Assembly (NCBI GenBank): GCA_044226625.1
Contig: JBGAGQ010000063.1
Coordinates: forward strand, 1 to 36,355
Origin: Thermoanaerobaculia bacterium
GTDB taxonomy: Bacteria; Acidobacteriota; Thermoanaerobaculia; Multivoradales; UBA5704
Length of the DNA stretch: 36,355 nt
Direction of reading: 5' to 3'
Shown piece by piece: positions 34,098 to 36,355 of the stretch (positions are counted from its first letter, which is position 1; every line of letters begins with the position of its first letter). Position numbers and translations under genes: made by a program. The notes under the pieces are model-generated. The model saw nothing but the letters and a program-made list of their open reading frames with translations, did no database searches and was not told where the DNA came from.

Positions 34098-35149
34098 AGC
34101 AGGTTCTCGCTCCGGATCAGCTCGGCGTTCAACAACGCGGCGCCCGCCGCGCCGCGAATCACGTTGTGCGAGAGGGCGGTGAAACGAACCCCCAGGATCG
34201 GGCAAGGGCGCAGGCGACCGACGGTGGTCGCCATGCCGCGACCGACCCCGGCGTCGCGCCGCGGTTGCGGCCGGTCGACGGCCTCGGTGCGAAGGATCGC
34301 AGGGGTGGGGGCGGAAGGAAGCCCCCGCTCCTGGGGGCGGCCGGAAAACTCGTCGAGCGCCTTGGCGAGCTCGGCGAGCGGGGGCATCTCGCGGAAGCCG
34401 ACGTTGGCGGTCACCATATGACCGTCGATCACCGGAACCCGGTGGCAGTTGGCGGCCACCTCCGCGGCGAGCGGCTCGATCCGTTCCCCGTTCGGGCTCA
34501 TCCGGCCCAGGATCTTCACGGTTTCGCGAGCGAACTTCCCTTCTTCGTCGCCGCCGATGTAGGGGATCACGTTGCCCAGGATGTCGAGCGAGGGCACGCC
34601 CGGATAGCCGGCGCCGGAGGCCGCCTGGAGTGTGCTCGCGACGACCCGGGACACCCCGAACCCGCGCCATGCGGCGAGCGGCATCACGAGCACCACCGCG
34701 GCGCAGTTCGGATTGGTGACGATCGCTCCCGACCAGCCGAGGTTGCGTCGCTGGGTCGCGAGCAGGGCGAGGTGCTCGGGGTTGATCTCCGGGACCAGGA
34801 GCGGCACGTCCTCGGCCATCCGGAAGTGGCTGGAGTTGGAGACGACGAAATGCCCGGCTCGGGCGAACGCCTCCTCGATCTCGCCGGCCTGGGTCCCCGA
34901 CATGGAGGAGAAGGCGAGCTGCGGCCCCGTTCCGGGCGTGCACTCGGCGACCGTCATCTCGGCGATACGCGCAGGCATGGGGGTGTCGAGCTGCCAGGCG
35001 GTCGCCTCCCCATAGCGTTTGCCGGCGCTTCGGTCGGAGGCGCCCAGCCAGGCGACGGTGAACCAGGGGTGATCTTCGAGCAACTGAATGAAACGCTGAC
35101 CGACGGTGCCGGTCGCGCCCAGAATACCGACTTCGATCTTCTTGTCCAT
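34094..35149 (-). CDS. asd: Aspartate-semialdehyde dehydrogenase (archaeal/fungal-like subtype)
   Basis: GILGATGTVGQRF..LLEDHPWF, VPLLVPEINPEHL, TNPNC, QAASGAG, RVPVIDGH and HNVIRGAAG. Confidence 0.95.
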   Translation of the reverse strand: MDKKIEVGILGATGTVGQRFIQLLEDHPWFTVAWLGASDRSAGKRYGEATAWQLDTPMPARIAEMTVAECTPGTGPQLAFSSMSGTQAGEIEEAFARAGHFVVSNSSHFRMAEDVPLLVPEINPEHLALLATQRRNLGWSGAIVTNPNCAAVVLVMPLAAWRGFGVSRVVASTLQAASGAGYPGVPSLDILGNVIPYIGGDEEGKFARETVKILGRMSPNGERIEPLAAEVAANCHRVPVIDGHMVTANVGFREMPPLAELAKALDEFSGRPQERGLPSAPTPAILRTEAVDRPQPRRDAGVGRGMATTVGRLRPCPILGVRFTALSHNVIRGAAGAALLNAELIRSENLL

Positions 35150-35234
35150 GGCCCCTTGGATCGGTTAAGGCGTAAGGGAAGTGAGCTTCGGATCTAGATC
35201 CTAACGCGGAGCGGAGGCCGACCGGCGCGCGACC

Positions 35235-36355
35235 TCAAAGAGCCGCGACCAACCGGCCGGCCACGCCTCCAGGCTCTACGGCGACGAGGTCAACCGCCGC
35301 GAAACGGCCGGCCAGGCTTGCCGCCTCCTGGCAGAAGACTCGAACGTAGTCGTCGGTGAGACCTTGGCCGATCGGTCCGGCGGGACCGGAGCGCGGATTC
35401 TCCCAAAGCACGCGCGCCCGCCGGCCGACCTGGAGCTCGGAGTGCCGGCGTTCGGCCGCGGCGGCGAGCAAGAGCAGGCGGGCGTTCCGTTCGTGGATGA
35501 TCGGACCCGGGATTTGCTCGGGAAGCGTCGCCGCTTCGGTTCCCGGCCGCGCAGAGTAGGGAAAAGCGTGGATCCTGGCGAACTCCGCTCGCTCGACGAA
35601 GGCCAGGCTCTCCTCGAACTCTGCCTGGCTTTCCCCCGGGAAGCCGGCGATCACGTCCGTAGTGATCGCCATCTCGGGGACCACGGCGCGTATGTCTGCG
35701 AGCAAACCGGCGAAGCGCTCGGGCGTGTACGGCCGACGCATCCGCCGGAGGGTCGCCGCGGCGCCGCTCTGAAGCGAAAGGTGGATGTGGCGGCAGAGGC
35801 GGGGATCGGCAAAAAGGCGCAGCAGGCGACGGTCGAACTCCCAAGGTGCGATCGAGGAAAGCCGGAGGCGGGGAGCCCGCGGGCCTTCGGGGAGCGCTTC
35901 GAGCAGAGCCGCGACGAGATCGGGAAGGCGATGTTTCTCGAAGCGATAGGAGGAGATCTGAACCCCGGTGACGACGATCTCCGGCGCGCCCAGCCGATCC
36001 GCGGGAGCCAGGGTCCGGAGCTCGGCGAGGACGTCGGAGAGGGGGCGGCTTCGCTGACCGCCGCGAACGGACGGGATGATGCAGAACGAGCAGCGCATGT
36101 CGCATCCGTCCTCGACCTTGAGGAAGGAGCGGGTCCGCCCCGGCTCCGGCGAGGCACACGGGTTGTCGATTTCGACGATCTCCGGAGTTGGCTTGGGGGG
36201 AACGAGCTCAGGGAAAGCACGCTCTACCCGTTGCAGCAGGTCGGACTTCTCGGCGTTCGAGACGATCAGATCGACGCCCGCCGCTTTCGCTGCGGCCCCC
36301 GGATGCGAGGTCGCGTAGCAGCCGGCGAGCACCGTCCGGACGGGTAAGCCCAACC
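35235..36355 (-). CDS. mtaB: MiaB/RimO-family radical-SAM methylthiotransferase, MtaB-like; 5' end outside the window
   Basis: AGCYA, RSFLKVEDGCDMRCSFCIIP (CxxxCxxC), RLRLSSI, HIHLSLQSG, DVIAGFPGE and HAFPYSARPGT. Confidence 0.85.
   Translation of the reverse strand, partial: LGLPVRTVLAGCYATSHPGAAAKAAGVDLIVSNAEKSDLLQRVERAFPELVPPKPTPEIVEIDNPCASPEPGRTRSFLKVEDGCDMRCSFCIIPSVRGGQRSRPLSDVLAELRTLAPADRLGAPEIVVTGVQISSYRFEKHRLPDLVAALLEALPEGPRAPRLRLSSIAPWEFDRRLLRLFADPRLCRHIHLSLQSGAAATLRRMRRPYTPERFAGLLADIRAVVPEMAITTDVIAGFPGESQAEFEESLAFVERAEFARIHAFPYSARPGTEAATLPEQIPGPIIHERNARLLLLAAAAERRHSELQVGRRARVLWENPRSGPAGPIGQGLTDDYVRVFCQEAASLAGRFAAVDLVAVEPGGVAGRLVAAL

Overview
GC-rich bacterial chromosomal window; the gene repertoire suggests an Acidobacteriota-like organism, which is an inference. 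From left to right: (1) A minus-strand sugar-salvage operon: nucleotidyltransferase, galactokinase-family kinase, sodium:solute symporter and Tat-exported GH109-type glycosidase. (2) A ~4.5 kb accessory patch in which the promoter and 5' end of the nucleotidyltransferase gene occur three times. The copies are separated by cargo: two PIN-type toxin-antitoxin pairs, an McrA-like HNH nuclease, a DUF3303 pseudogene, an alpha/beta hydrolase and a 184-bp palindromic MITE-like element. (3) An ECF sigma/Ser-Thr kinase-TPR module followed by a methyltransferase and a VOC gene. (4) A TonB-dependent receptor and a Cys-rich secreted protein. (5) A compact operon resembling a complete prenyl-alcohol salvage pathway: farnesol-dehydrogenase-like SDR, phytol-kinase::DUF92 (VTE5::VTE6-like) fusion, UbiA prenyltransferase and YkvA. 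(6) Housekeeping genes (lytic transglycosylase, tdk, nitrilase, ATL) and two secreted beta-propeller proteins. (7) The asd-lysC-dapB-dapA-dapD lysine cluster and a 5'-truncated mtaB. No rRNA, tRNA, CRISPR array or integrase was found. All family assignments come from motif recognition by eye, not database searches.
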